A stretch of DNA of 64,000 nt, from positions 341,042 to 405,041 of the forward strand of contig JAKIWL010000002.1 of the NCBI GenBank assembly GCA_022750055.1, in the 5' to 3' direction. The notes under the pieces are model-generated. The model saw only the letters and a program-made list of their open reading frames with translations. It did no database searches and was not told the DNA's origin. The DNA is from Thermoplasmata archaeon. GTDB taxonomy: Archaea; Thermoplasmatota; Thermoplasmata; Lutacidiplasmatales; UBA184. Position 1 is the first letter of the stretch. Each line of letters starts with the position of its first letter. Shown here in pieces: positions 37,370 through 46,373 of this stretch. The position numbers and the translations under genes are program-made.

Positions 37370-38607
37370 CGCGGAGGGTCGCGCTGACCCATCGCGGCTG
37401 GCAGAGCGCCTTCGCCACCGCCGCCATCGCCGCTGCGGTCGCGCTCCCCGTCGTCCTGCTCTCCGTGGGAGGAGGGGTCTCTCAACACGAGGTCCACGAC
37501 CTCGAGAACGCTGGGTACGAGGTGACCGTGTCAGCTCCAGGTCTCCACGGCATCTCCAGCGCGCACAACCTGAGCCAACGCATCGACGGCCTTCCCGGGG
37601 TCGGGTCGGCCTCTCCGATTCTGAGCTCGCCGGTCGATGCCTTCCACGGGTCCCACGGACCGGTCCCCACCCTCGCGGAAGGCGTGATCCCCTCGGCGTT
37701 CCAGGCAACCGAGAGCCCGAGCCTCCGGCCGTTGTTTCCCTCCCCCCTCCCGCTCGGGGACCCCGGCGATCTCCTCCACTTCGCCAACGGCACGTATCAC
37801 GGACCCGCCACGAACGAACTCCTTCTCTCCACGCCATTCGCGGAATCGATCGGCGCCTCGGTCGGTTCGACCGTCGAGTTGAGCGCCACCGCGAACCGTT
37901 CGACCGCCGTTGCCTTCACCGTCACGGCCGAGGTAGGCAGCCCGTCGACCCTCGGGACCACGGCCGCCTATGCGATCGTCCTCCCCCTTTCCGACCTGCA
38001 AGTCCTCACCGGCTTCGCCCGTTCGAACGGGACGGCTGGCAGCGTGGTCGACGCGGCGGATACCGTCCAGGTCTCTCTCGCCGGTGCGGGGGCCGCCCAG
38101 CCTTCGACCGTGGCCGAGGTGGCATCGGAGGTCCAGGGATTGGTCCCGTACTACGGCGTGAGCACGCTGTCCACCCAAGCCCAGCAGCTCGAGCAGGCGT
38201 CTGCGGTCCTCGACGGGTTTTACATCGGCCTCTCGTCGGTGGGTCTGACGATCGGGCTCGTCTTCCTGTCGATCGTTTTGGTTCGGAAGGTGGAGACGGA
38301 ACGTCGGACGATCGGCGTTCAGAGAGCGCTGGGCGTCCCGGGTCGGCAGGTCGCTCTCCGCTGGACCCGAAGCGCTCTCCAGCTTTCCGGCGCGGGGTCG
38401 GCGGGAGGCGTGGTCGGCGGCTGGGCGATCGTCGCGGTGCTCGCCCGCTATGGCAGTCCGACGGTCCAGGAAGCGGTCGCCCTCGCGATCTTCGATCCGA
38501 TCGTTCTCTCTGAGCTCGTGGGCGCGGTCCTGCTCTTCTCGTTGCTCGCGAGCCTGGCGGCCACTCGCGCGGCCCTGCGCCTGTCGATCCCGGAGGCGCT
38601 ACGATGA
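37366..38607 (+). CDS. ABC transporter permease, FtsX/MacB-like (second copy)
   Basis: Same architecture as the preceding gene; starts with an ATGA overlap. C-terminal IGVQRALGVPGRQVALRWTRSALQL... Confidence 0.75.
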   Translation: MTRRVALTHRGWQSAFATAAIAAAVALPVVLLSVGGGVSQHEVHDLENAGYEVTVSAPGLHGISSAHNLSQRIDGLPGVGSASPILSSPVDAFHGSHGPVPTLAEGVIPSAFQATESPSLRPLFPSPLPLGDPGDLLHFANGTYHGPATNELLLSTPFAESIGASVGSTVELSATANRSTAVAFTVTAEVGSPSTLGTTAAYAIVLPLSDLQVLTGFARSNGTAGSVVDAADTVQVSLAGAGAAQPSTVAEVASEVQGLVPYYGVSTLSTQAQQLEQASAVLDGFYIGLSSVGLTIGLVFLSIVLVRKVETERRTIGVQRALGVPGRQVALRWTRSALQLSGAGSAGGVVGGWAIVAVLARYGSPTVQEAVALAIFDPIVLSELVGAVLLFSLLASLAATRAALRLSIPEALR

Positions 38608-39308
38608 GCGAGGGAGCCGTCCCACGGGTTTCCCTCGACCACGTCACCAAGCACTACGAGAGCGCCGGAGGACTTCCCGTCCGGGCCCTCGATGGGGTCG
38701 ACCTGTCCATCGACCCGGGCGATTTCCTGTCGGTCGAGGGCCCGTCGGGGTGCGGCAAGACCACGCTGCTCAACCTGCTCGGCCTCATCGATACCCCGAC
38801 GAGCGGGGAGGTCCGATGGGACCAGCGACCGGTCGGGGCCCGGACCGAGCGGGAGCGTTCCCGCTTGCGCCTGACGGGGGTCGGGTTCATCTTTCAACGG
38901 TTCTATCTCCTGCCGACGTTGACGGCCGAGGAGAACGTGGAACTACCGATGCGCGCCCTTCGGACGCCCGCTGCGGACCGGAGGCAGCGGGCCGATCAGC
39001 TCCTCGCCCAGGTCGGCCTCGCCGAGCGACGCCGTTCCTATCCGCACCAGCTCTCGGGTGGGGAGGAACAACGGGTCGCGATCGCACGGGCCCTCGCCAA
39101 CCGGCCGGGCCTCTTGCTGGCCGACGAACCCACCGGAGAGTTGGATAGCGTCAACGCCGATCAGGTCCTCCGCCTGCTCGTTGACGCCCAGGCCGCCGCC
39201 GGGGCTTCCCTCTTGATCGTGACGCACAATCCCAAGGTCGCCTCGCACGCGCGGCGACACCTGACCATGGCCGACGGACGGATCGTCTCGGACACGCGCG
39301 GGGCCTAG
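38604..39308 (+). CDS. ABC transporter ATP-binding protein (MacB/LolD-like)
   Basis: [15 protein letters not shown] (Walker A), [15 protein letters not shown] (signature), [12 protein letters not shown] (Walker B). Confidence 0.9.
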   Translation: MSEGAVPRVSLDHVTKHYESAGGLPVRALDGVDLSIDPGDFLSVEGPSGCGKTTLLNLLGLIDTPTSGEVRWDQRPVGARTERERSRLRLTGVGFIFQRFYLLPTLTAEENVELPMRALRTPAADRRQRADQLLAQVGLAERRRSYPHQLSGGEEQRVAIARALANRPGLLLADEPTGELDSVNADQVLRLLVDAQAAAGASLLIVTHNPKVASHARRHLTMADGRIVSDTRGA

Positions 39309-39312
39309 CCCG

Positions 39313-41091
39313 ATGGCCCGGATCGCCATCCTGCTCTCGGACCGCTGCCATCCGAAGGAGTGCCAATGGGAGTGCCAGGCCTACTGCCCCCCGGTCCGCA
39401 TGGGTCAAGAGTGCATCGTCGAAGGCCCGAACGGGAAACCCATCATCTCCGAGACGCTGTGCATCGGTTGCGGCATCTGCGTCCACAAGTGCCCGTTCGA
39501 TGCGATCAAGATCCTGAACACGCCGGAGGCGGACGAAACGGAGATCGTTCACCGGTACGGCTACAATGGATTCCGACTCTATCGTCTGCCGCTCCCCCCG
39601 AGGACCGGCATCACCGGACTCCTCGGACCGAATGGGACCGGAAAGTCGACCGCCCTCCGGGTCCTCGCCGGGACCGAGGTACCCAATCTTGGTCACTTCG
39701 AGGCGCCCGGCCAGTGGGCCGCGGTCCTCGAGAGGTACCGGGGAACCCAGCTCCACGACCACTTCCGCCGGATCGAGCGAGGCCAGCTCAGCGTTGCCTC
39801 CAAGCCACAGTACGTCGACTGGATATCGGAAGAACCCGTGACGGCGACGGAATACGTCGGGGCGTCGGGGGCCGATCCCCGACCGATCCTCACGGAAGTC
39901 GGTCTCGAAACGAAGGCGGACCGTCGCCTCGCCGAGCTCTCGGGTGGGGAGCTCCAACTCGTCTCCATCGCTCGGACGCTGTCGACGCCGGCGGACCTCT
40001 ACCTGTTCGACGAACCGTCGAGTTACCTCGACATCGTACACCGGCTTGCGATCGCCCGACTGTTGCGACGGTTGGGCGAATCGAAGAGCGTCGTGGTGGT
40101 CGAGCACGATCTCGCCCTCCTCGACTACCTCGCCGACACCGCCCACCTCGTGTACGGGGAGGAGGCCGCGTTCGGGGTGATCTCCCACCCGCTCCCGATG
40201 CGGACGGCCATCAACACCTACCTCACGGGATATCTGAAGGACGAGAACGTCCGATTCCGCACGGAACCGGTCCAATTCGTTGCGCATCCGCCCAAACTCT
40301 CCCATCGAGGAAGTCCCCTGGTCACGTTCGGCGCGCTCTCGAAGCGCTACGAGGGCTTCCATCTCACCGTCGAGCCGGGCGAGCTATCGAAGGGTGAGAC
40401 GGTCGGGATCGTCGGCCCCAACGCGACCGGCAAGACGACGTTCGTGAAAATGCTCGCCGGGGTCGAGCCCCCGACCGAGGGCGCTACACCGGCCGGCGTG
40501 AAGGTCAGCTACAAGCCCCAGTATCTGAAAGCCACGAGCTCGGCCAGCCTTCGCGAGCGGCTGGAAGTGCTCCGTGCCGACCCGACCTTCGACGCTTCGC
40601 TCTTCGAGCGCGACCTCGTCCCCGGGTTGCGTCTCGATGGACTGCTCGACGTGGCGCTCACGGACCTCTCGGGCGGGGAACTGCAGCGCGCCGCCGTAGC
40701 GTTGGCCCTCGCGCACCCTGCGACGCTCTATCTGCTGGACGAGCCCTCGGCCTACCTCGACGCGGATGAGCGCATGGCCGTCGCGAAGCTGATCCGCCGG
40801 CAGATCGAACGCCAAGCGGCGACCGCCCTCGTGGTCGACCACGACGTCTATTTCCTCGACCTCGCGAGCGACGCGCTCATGGTGTTCGGCCATCCCGGCG
40901 GCGACCATGCCGTGGGCGCCGGGGCCGGCCCCTTCGCGATGCGGGAGGGCATGAACCGCCTGCTCCGGGAGGTCGAGGTCACCTTCCGGCGAGACGCGGA
41001 GACGCTGCGACCCCGCATCAATCGCGAGGGGTCGGTCCTCGACCGGGAACAACGCGCGAAGGGCGAGTACTACTACGAGGCCGCCGGTTGA
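39313..41091 (+). CDS. abce1: ABCE1 / RNase L inhibitor-type ribosome recycling factor
   Basis: N-terminal double 4Fe-4S ferredoxin (CHPKECQWECQAYCP...CIGCGICVHKCP) followed by twin ABC cassettes (two Walker A / LSGGELQR signatures). Confidence 0.9.
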   Translation: MARIAILLSDRCHPKECQWECQAYCPPVRMGQECIVEGPNGKPIISETLCIGCGICVHKCPFDAIKILNTPEADETEIVHRYGYNGFRLYRLPLPPRTGITGLLGPNGTGKSTALRVLAGTEVPNLGHFEAPGQWAAVLERYRGTQLHDHFRRIERGQLSVASKPQYVDWISEEPVTATEYVGASGADPRPILTEVGLETKADRRLAELSGGELQLVSIARTLSTPADLYLFDEPSSYLDIVHRLAIARLLRRLGESKSVVVVEHDLALLDYLADTAHLVYGEEAAFGVISHPLPMRTAINTYLTGYLKDENVRFRTEPVQFVAHPPKLSHRGSPLVTFGALSKRYEGFHLTVEPGELSKGETVGIVGPNATGKTTFVKMLAGVEPPTEGATPAGVKVSYKPQYLKATSSASLRERLEVLRADPTFDASLFERDLVPGLRLDGLLDVALTDLSGGELQRAAVALALAHPATLYLLDEPSAYLDADERMAVAKLIRRQIERQAATALVVDHDVYFLDLASDALMVFGHPGGDHAVGAGAGPFAMREGMNRLLREVEVTFRRDAETLRPRINREGSVLDREQRAKGEYYYEAAG

Positions 41092-41260
41092 GGACCTCCC
41101 ACAAGGACTCCGATGCGCGGCCCCATTCCCGGGGAAGGGATGCGCACCTCCCTCAGAGCGCTTCCACGCACGACGAGCGGCCGCCGGCGCGCTCCGGCCC
41201 CTCAACGCCGGTCGCAGCGCTCCGACAGGCTCAGAGGCCGAATTCGGAGGGTGACGGGCC

Positions 41261-41854
41261 GTGAGCGCCTCGCATTCTACGGCCCCTTCGTCGAACACCG
41301 ACCCGGAGGGTCGATGGAGCTCCCACGCCCCGCTCCCCGTCGAGGTCATCGTTCTCTATGCCATCATCATCGTGGTCCTGGTCATCCTAGGACGTCCGAC
41401 GAGCGTGTCGGCCCTCCCCAGTCCGGTCCTGGTCCTCGACCTGATCGTGATCCTCTTCTTCCTCCGCTATGCCTCGACGACCTATTCGATGGATTCGGAG
41501 CGACTGCGGGCACGCCGGCTATTCGGTTCGCGGGCCGTCCTTCTTGAGGACGTCCGACGGATCGAGTACGCGAACTTGCGCGACCTTTCAGCCACCGGCT
41601 TCTTCGGCGGGTGGGGGTGGCGGGGACGCATGTGGAGTCCAGTCGTCGGTTCCTTCGATTCGATCCACACCCGATCCTCCGGTGTGATGGTGTACGCGGG
41701 GGACGTGCCCCTGTTCGTCTCCCCCCGCGATCCGCCGGCGTTCGCGCTCGAACTCTCGCGGCGGGCGCGGTCCTACTTTCCCGGCGTCGAGCTCGGCCCG
41801 GGGGTTCCGGAGGGCGCTCGGTCAGCGGGAGATTCGTCCGGACCCGCTCAGTAG
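41261..41854 (+). CDS. Membrane protein with 2 TM helices plus a PH-like (bPH/DUF304-type) domain; hypothetical
   Basis: TM segments VIVLYAIIIVVLVILG and VLVLDLIVILFFL followed by a soluble domain; composition is protein-like. Confidence 0.5.
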   Translation: MSASHSTAPSSNTDPEGRWSSHAPLPVEVIVLYAIIIVVLVILGRPTSVSALPSPVLVLDLIVILFFLRYASTTYSMDSERLRARRLFGSRAVLLEDVRRIEYANLRDLSATGFFGGWGWRGRMWSPVVGSFDSIHTRSSGVMVYAGDVPLFVSPRDPPAFALELSRRARSYFPGVELGPGVPEGARSAGDSSGPAQ

Positions 41855-43050
41855 CGCGGGATCGACGGGTCGACCCGCTCGGCCCATTCCTCGAGGCCCC
41901 CCCGCAGGGTTCGGACGCGCCGGAACCCAAGGTCGAGGAGCAGGCGCGTCGCGCGTGCGGATCGACCCCCCATCTTGCAGTAGACGACCACCGAGGTCGC
42001 ATCTCGTAGCTCGCCGGAACGTTCCCCCAGGTCCCGCAGCGGGATCAGTACGGCCCCAGGCAGCCGGTTGATCGCGAACTCGGCCGGGTCCCGTACGTCT
42101 ACGAGCAGGGGAGGGGAAGGGCCCGCGAGTTCTCGGTGCAACTCCACGGCCGTGATCTCGGTGAGGAGGGGGGAGGCCGAATCAGCGGGATCGCAGGCCG
42201 CGGCGACGACCTCGATCGGGTCCTGTCGATGTCTTCGCGAGCATCGGAGGCAGCTCTTGTCCCGTTCTATCGTCAGTTCCTTGAAGCGCATCTCCAGGGA
42301 ATCGATGAGCAGGAGCCGTCCGACGAGGGGGGTCCCCTTCCCGAGCAAGATCTTGACCGCTTCGGTCGCCTGGATCATGCCGACCAGGCCGGGCAGGACC
42401 CCCAGCACGCCGGCCTCGGCGCACGACGGCGCCGCCTCGGGAGGGGGGGGTTCCGGGAATAGACATCGATAGCACGGTCCCTGAGGGGCATGGAAGACGC
42501 TGACCTGGCCCTCGAACCGATAGACCGACCCGAAGACATCGGGCTTTCCGAGCACGACGCACGCGTCGTTGACCAGGTACCGGGCCGGATAGTTGTCCGT
42601 CCCATCCAGCACGACGTCGTACTGGGCGACGATGTCGAGCGCGTTCGTCGCAGTGAGCTCGGCGTCATGTCGGACCACCCGAACTCCCGGATTGAGGTCC
42701 TTCAGACGGTCCTCGGCGGCCTCCAGCTTCGGTCGCCCTACGTCGGAGGTTCCGTAGAGCACCTGGCGCTGGAGGTTCGACTCCGCGACCCGGTCGAAAT
42801 CGACGAGGCCGACCACACCGACCCCCGCTGCCGCCAGATACAGGGACGAGGGCGAACCGAGCCCGCCGGCGCCTACGATGAGCGCCTTCCCGTGCTTCAA
42901 ACGGCGTTGACCCTCCGCCCCGACTTCGGGCAGGAGGAGATGGCGGCTGTACCGTCTCAGTTCCGACTCGGACAGCCCCGGTAGGGTCTCGGCCGGAAGT
43001 GGGCCCGAGCGAGGGGTCCGGGGGGCCGCGCGTTGCTTTCGTCCGGACAC
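41848..43050 (-). CDS. MoeB/ThiF/UBA4-type E1-like adenylyltransferase fused to a C-terminal rhodanese domain
   Basis: ALIVGAGGLGSPSSLYLAAAGVG (Rossmann), CxxC pairs (CYRC...CLRC), and a C-terminal rhodanese with active-site CKMGGRS. Confidence 0.85.
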   Translation of the reverse strand: MSGRKQRAAPRTPRSGPLPAETLPGLSESELRRYSRHLLLPEVGAEGQRRLKHGKALIVGAGGLGSPSSLYLAAAGVGVVGLVDFDRVAESNLQRQVLYGTSDVGRPKLEAAEDRLKDLNPGVRVVRHDAELTATNALDIVAQYDVVLDGTDNYPARYLVNDACVVLGKPDVFGSVYRFEGQVSVFHAPQGPCYRCLFPEPPPPEAAPSCAEAGVLGVLPGLVGMIQATEAVKILLGKGTPLVGRLLLIDSLEMRFKELTIERDKSCLRCSRRHRQDPIEVVAAACDPADSASPLLTEITAVELHRELAGPSPPLLVDVRDPAEFAINRLPGAVLIPLRDLGERSGELRDATSVVVYCKMGGRSARATRLLLDLGFRRVRTLRGGLEEWAERVDPSIPRY

Positions 43051-43329
43051 TTATCCTCCTGCAAGGGCCGGCACGATCGAGAGGATATCGCCCTCCCGGA
43101 CCACGGTCTCCTCGCCATCGAGGTTTCGAACGTCGACGCCGTTCAAGAACACGGCCACCGATCGACGGAGGCGGCCCTCAGGGTTGAAGAGGAAGGCGTT
43201 CACCGAGCCGTCCGAGCGGGCGAAGTCCCGAAGGGCGAGTCCAACGGTCCCGCCAAGAGCCTTGACGGAACTCGCCCCCTTCGTCACCGCTCGAAGCGGG
43301 CTGGGCACTTGTATCTCCGAAACCGGCAT
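43051..43329 (-). CDS. MoaD/ThiS-family ubiquitin-like small protein with a C-terminal Gly-Gly (SAMP-like)
   Basis: Ends ...VFLNGVDVRNLDGEETVVREGDILSIVPALAGG-stop. It lies immediately upstream of, and co-oriented with, the E1 gene (start 43050). ATG at 43329 (MPVSEIQV) is proposed. Confidence 0.7.
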   Translation of the reverse strand: MPVSEIQVPSPLRAVTKGASSVKALGGTVGLALRDFARSDGSVNAFLFNPEGRLRRSVAVFLNGVDVRNLDGEETVVREGDILSIVPALAGG

Positions 43330-43449
43330 GGCCGAAGCCCTCCGAAGAGAGGGCGTCGGCACAAAGGGTTGATGGACCGGAGTAGGGAGGCGCGACATCC
43401 AATTGACCGAGCCGACCGAGAGGGGATCCACGGCTCCCGAGGCGTCAGC

Positions 43450-44097
43450 TCAGGTCAGCTGAATCAGGTGCGTGCAATGCATGCCCCCCCGAGCGATCGA
43501 GTCCTTCAGGTCGAGCCCGACCTGTCCGAGCAGCTCCTCGGTGAGGCGTTTGTCGAAGACATCGCACAGCAGGTACGCATGCGATAGGGCACTATGTCGG
43601 AACACGCAGTTCGACCTTACGATCTTCAGCACGCCGTCTGCCTGTTCCTCGACCGTGCACCGGAATCCGAGATTGTTCAGGGAGGCGGCGAGCGCCGACG
43701 CCCGCTCGTGGATCGACCGGCCCGCCGGGAGTTCCTTCGCGATGTGCTTTGCCATCGACCGCGCCGCCTCTGCGAAAAGGCGGGAGACGTACGCTTCCCC
43801 TTCCCGGGTGAGCAGCTCCTCCATGACGGAGTCGAGGAGCAGTTCATACCGGCGCGGAAACAGCTCCTGGCCCTGCGGGGTGAGAAGGTAGCGCTTCCTG
43901 GGCCGGCCCACGCCCTCCCTTCGAAAGGTGGGTACGACCAGCCCCCGCGACTCCAAGCGCTCAAGGTGGCCGCGCGCAGCACTCTCCTGAATTCCGAGGC
44001 TCTTAGAAAGGTCCCGGGCGGTCTTCGGGGAAACGGCGAGCTCTTCGATGATCCGCCCGCGGGTCCCCGCGACCCCTTGCACGTCTGGCACCGCCAT
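43450..44097 (-). CDS. Winged-helix transcriptional regulator with a C-terminal 4-Cys domain (SufR-like Fe-S sensing candidate)
   Basis: N-terminal wHTH (ARGHLERLESRGLVVPTFRREGVGRPRKRYLLTPQG). The C-terminus carries four spaced Cys (FRCT...SNCVF...LLCDVF...MHCTHL). It is divergent from sufC. Confidence 0.6.
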   Translation of the reverse strand: MAVPDVQGVAGTRGRIIEELAVSPKTARDLSKSLGIQESAARGHLERLESRGLVVPTFRREGVGRPRKRYLLTPQGQELFPRRYELLLDSVMEELLTREGEAYVSRLFAEAARSMAKHIAKELPAGRSIHERASALAASLNNLGFRCTVEEQADGVLKIVRSNCVFRHSALSHAYLLCDVFDKRLTEELLGQVGLDLKDSIARGGMHCTHLIQLT

Positions 44098-44153
44098 CGG
44101 TCGTTTCTCCGCTCGCTCTGGCCCTCGGGCGACGGGGGAATTAACACACAACG

Positions 44154-44165
44154 AAATATTTAAAT
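44154..44165. promoter_or_regulatory. AT-rich palindrome AAATATTTAAAT in the regulator/sufC divergent intergenic region (bidirectional TATA and/or operator)
   Basis: Strongest AT island in the window; 34-45 nt upstream of the sufC ATG (44199) and about 57 nt upstream of the regulator ATG (44097). Confidence 0.4.
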
Positions 44166-44198
44166 CAAGGTGTCGGCTGAGCGGCCCGAGGTTTCCCG

Positions 44199-44969
44199 AT
44201 GTCCTCGACCCCGTTGCACCAGCTTGTCGTCGAAGACCTGCATGTGGAGGTCGCCGGAAAGCAGATCCTCAAGGGCGTCAACCTCACCCTCAACAGCGGC
44301 GAGTTAACCGCCCTGATGGGGCCGAACGGGTCGGGGAAGAGCACGCTCGCGAACGCCCTCATGGGACATCCCAAGTACAAGGTCACCCAGGGTCGGGCCA
44401 CCCTCGACGGACAGAACCTGCTCGCCATGACGGTCGACCTGCGCTCCCGCGCCGGTCTCTTCCTCGGTTTCCAATACCCCCAGGAGGTGTCGGGCCTTTC
44501 GCTTTCGAAGTTCCTGTGGACCGCCTACATGCAACGCCACACCCCGGAGAACGCGAACTCCGACCAGTTCGGAAAAGACCTAGACACCCACCTCGGCTTT
44601 CTCGGGATGGACCCGGCCCTGTTGAAGCGCTCGCTCAACGAAGGGTTCTCTGGCGGCGAAAAGAAGCGGGTCGAGGTGCTCCAGATGGCCACCCTCTCCC
44701 CCACGTTTGCCATCCTCGATGAGCCGGACTCCGGTCTCGATATCGACGCAGTGAAGTCCGTCGGGGAGACCGTTGCCAAGCTGCACCGACCCGACGCGGG
44801 GATCCTGGTGATCACCCATTACCAGCGGATCTTGAAGTACCTGAAACCGGACCGAGTCCACGTGATGGTCGACGGTACGGTGGTGCTCTCCGGCGGCAAG
44901 GAGCTCGCCGAGGAGCTGGAGGCGAAGGGCTACGACTGGGTCCGCATCGGCGTCCAGAGCCCAACCTAA
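44199..44969 (+). CDS. sufC: Fe-S cluster assembly ATPase SufC
   Basis: GPNGSGKSTLANALMGHPKY, LNEGFSGGEKKRVEVLQM, ILDEPDSGLDIDA. Confidence 0.9.
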   Translation: MSSTPLHQLVVEDLHVEVAGKQILKGVNLTLNSGELTALMGPNGSGKSTLANALMGHPKYKVTQGRATLDGQNLLAMTVDLRSRAGLFLGFQYPQEVSGLSLSKFLWTAYMQRHTPENANSDQFGKDLDTHLGFLGMDPALLKRSLNEGFSGGEKKRVEVLQMATLSPTFAILDEPDSGLDIDAVKSVGETVAKLHRPDAGILVITHYQRILKYLKPDRVHVMVDGTVVLSGGKELAEELEAKGYDWVRIGVQSPT

Positions 44970-44987
44970 GGAAGCGGAGATCCTCCG

Positions 44988-46280
44988 ATGGACTGGGCGA
45001 AGGTCCGTACCGATTTCCCGATCTTGGACCGGACCTTCCACGGAAGGCCCTTCGTCTACCTGGATTCTGCCGCGACGAGCCAGAAGCCCCGGGTCGTCAT
45101 CGATGCGGTCGCGGACTTCTACGGTCGTCTGAACGCGAACGTCCACCGCGGGACCTACCAGCTTTCCGAGGAGGCGACCGAGGCGTACGAATCGGCACGA
45201 GGTCGACTCGCGAAATTCGTCCACGCCGAGGACCCGTCCGAGATCGTCTTCGTGCGGGGAACGACCGAGGCGATCAACCTCGTGAGCACGAGCCTCAGCC
45301 AAACGGTCCTCAAGCGCGGTACTCGAGTGCTCACCACGGTGATGGAACACCACTCCAATATCGTCCCCTGGCAGATCCTTCGCAGCCGGGGCGGGCCCGA
45401 GCTCGACTTCGTCGACATCGACGACAACGGCGAACTGGTCCGCGCCGACTACGACCGGCTCCTCACGCCCTCGACGAAGCTCGTGACCCTCACTCACGTG
45501 TCGAACGTCCTCGGTACCGTGAACCCGGTGCGTGCGATCGCCGACCAGGCCCACGCCGCCGGCGCCCTCGTCCTCCTGGATGCGGCCCAGTCCGTCCCCC
45601 ACCGGGCCGTGGACGTTCGGGAGCTCGGGGTCGACCTGATCGCCTTCTCCGGCCACAAGATGCTCGGTCCTACCGGAATCGGAGTGCTCTGGGGTCGCCG
45701 GGACCTGTTGGAGGGGATGCCACCCGCCATGGGCGGCGGGGAAATGATCCGGGAGGTCCATCAGGACCGGGTCGCCTTCCGAGAGCCGCCCGCTCGGTTC
45801 GAAGCCGGCACCCCGAACATTTCCGGAGCCGTCGGGCTGGGCGTGGCGGCGGAGTATCTCGAGCGGATCGGCTGGGATGAGATCGCCGCCCATGAGCAGT
45901 CGATGCAACGGCGCGCCGCGAAGCGCGTCTCCGAAGGGTTCGATGGGCGCGTGACCATCGTCGGGCCCAAGGAGATCACGAATCGGGAGGCGGTGATCTC
46001 GTTCTCGCTGGAAGGGGTGCACGCGCACGACATCTCGAGCATCCTCGACGCTCACGGCGTCGCGATCCGAAGCGGTCACCACTGCGCCCAGCCGCTCATG
46101 GAGCGGCTCGGGGTGGCCGCGCTCTCTCGAGCGAGCCCGTACGTGTACAACTCCCCCGACGACATCGACCGTCTGTTCGATGCCCTCGGAGAGGTGGTTC
46201 GAGTGTTCCGAGGGCATGAACGAGTGTCTGCCAAGGCCCCCCTACCGGACCTGTCGCCGGCGGGCCGACAAGCGCGCTAG
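44988..46280 (+). CDS. sufS: Cysteine desulfurase SufS (class V aminotransferase)
   Basis: YLDSAATSQKP...HRGTY...SGHKMLGPTGIGVLWG (PLP-Lys)...RSGHHCAQPL (active-site Cys). Confidence 0.9.
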   Translation: MDWAKVRTDFPILDRTFHGRPFVYLDSAATSQKPRVVIDAVADFYGRLNANVHRGTYQLSEEATEAYESARGRLAKFVHAEDPSEIVFVRGTTEAINLVSTSLSQTVLKRGTRVLTTVMEHHSNIVPWQILRSRGGPELDFVDIDDNGELVRADYDRLLTPSTKLVTLTHVSNVLGTVNPVRAIADQAHAAGALVLLDAAQSVPHRAVDVRELGVDLIAFSGHKMLGPTGIGVLWGRRDLLEGMPPAMGGGEMIREVHQDRVAFREPPARFEAGTPNISGAVGLGVAAEYLERIGWDEIAAHEQSMQRRAAKRVSEGFDGRVTIVGPKEITNREAVISFSLEGVHAHDISSILDAHGVAIRSGHHCAQPLMERLGVAALSRASPYVYNSPDDIDRLFDALGEVVRVFRGHERVSAKAPLPDLSPAGRQAR

Positions 46281-46373
46281 ACAGGCTCACGGTTCAGGGT
46301 AGAGGCGGGCCTGTCGCCGCGGGCGCTACCCACCATTTAAATACCATCTTGTGATGGAATTACCGAGGAGCTC

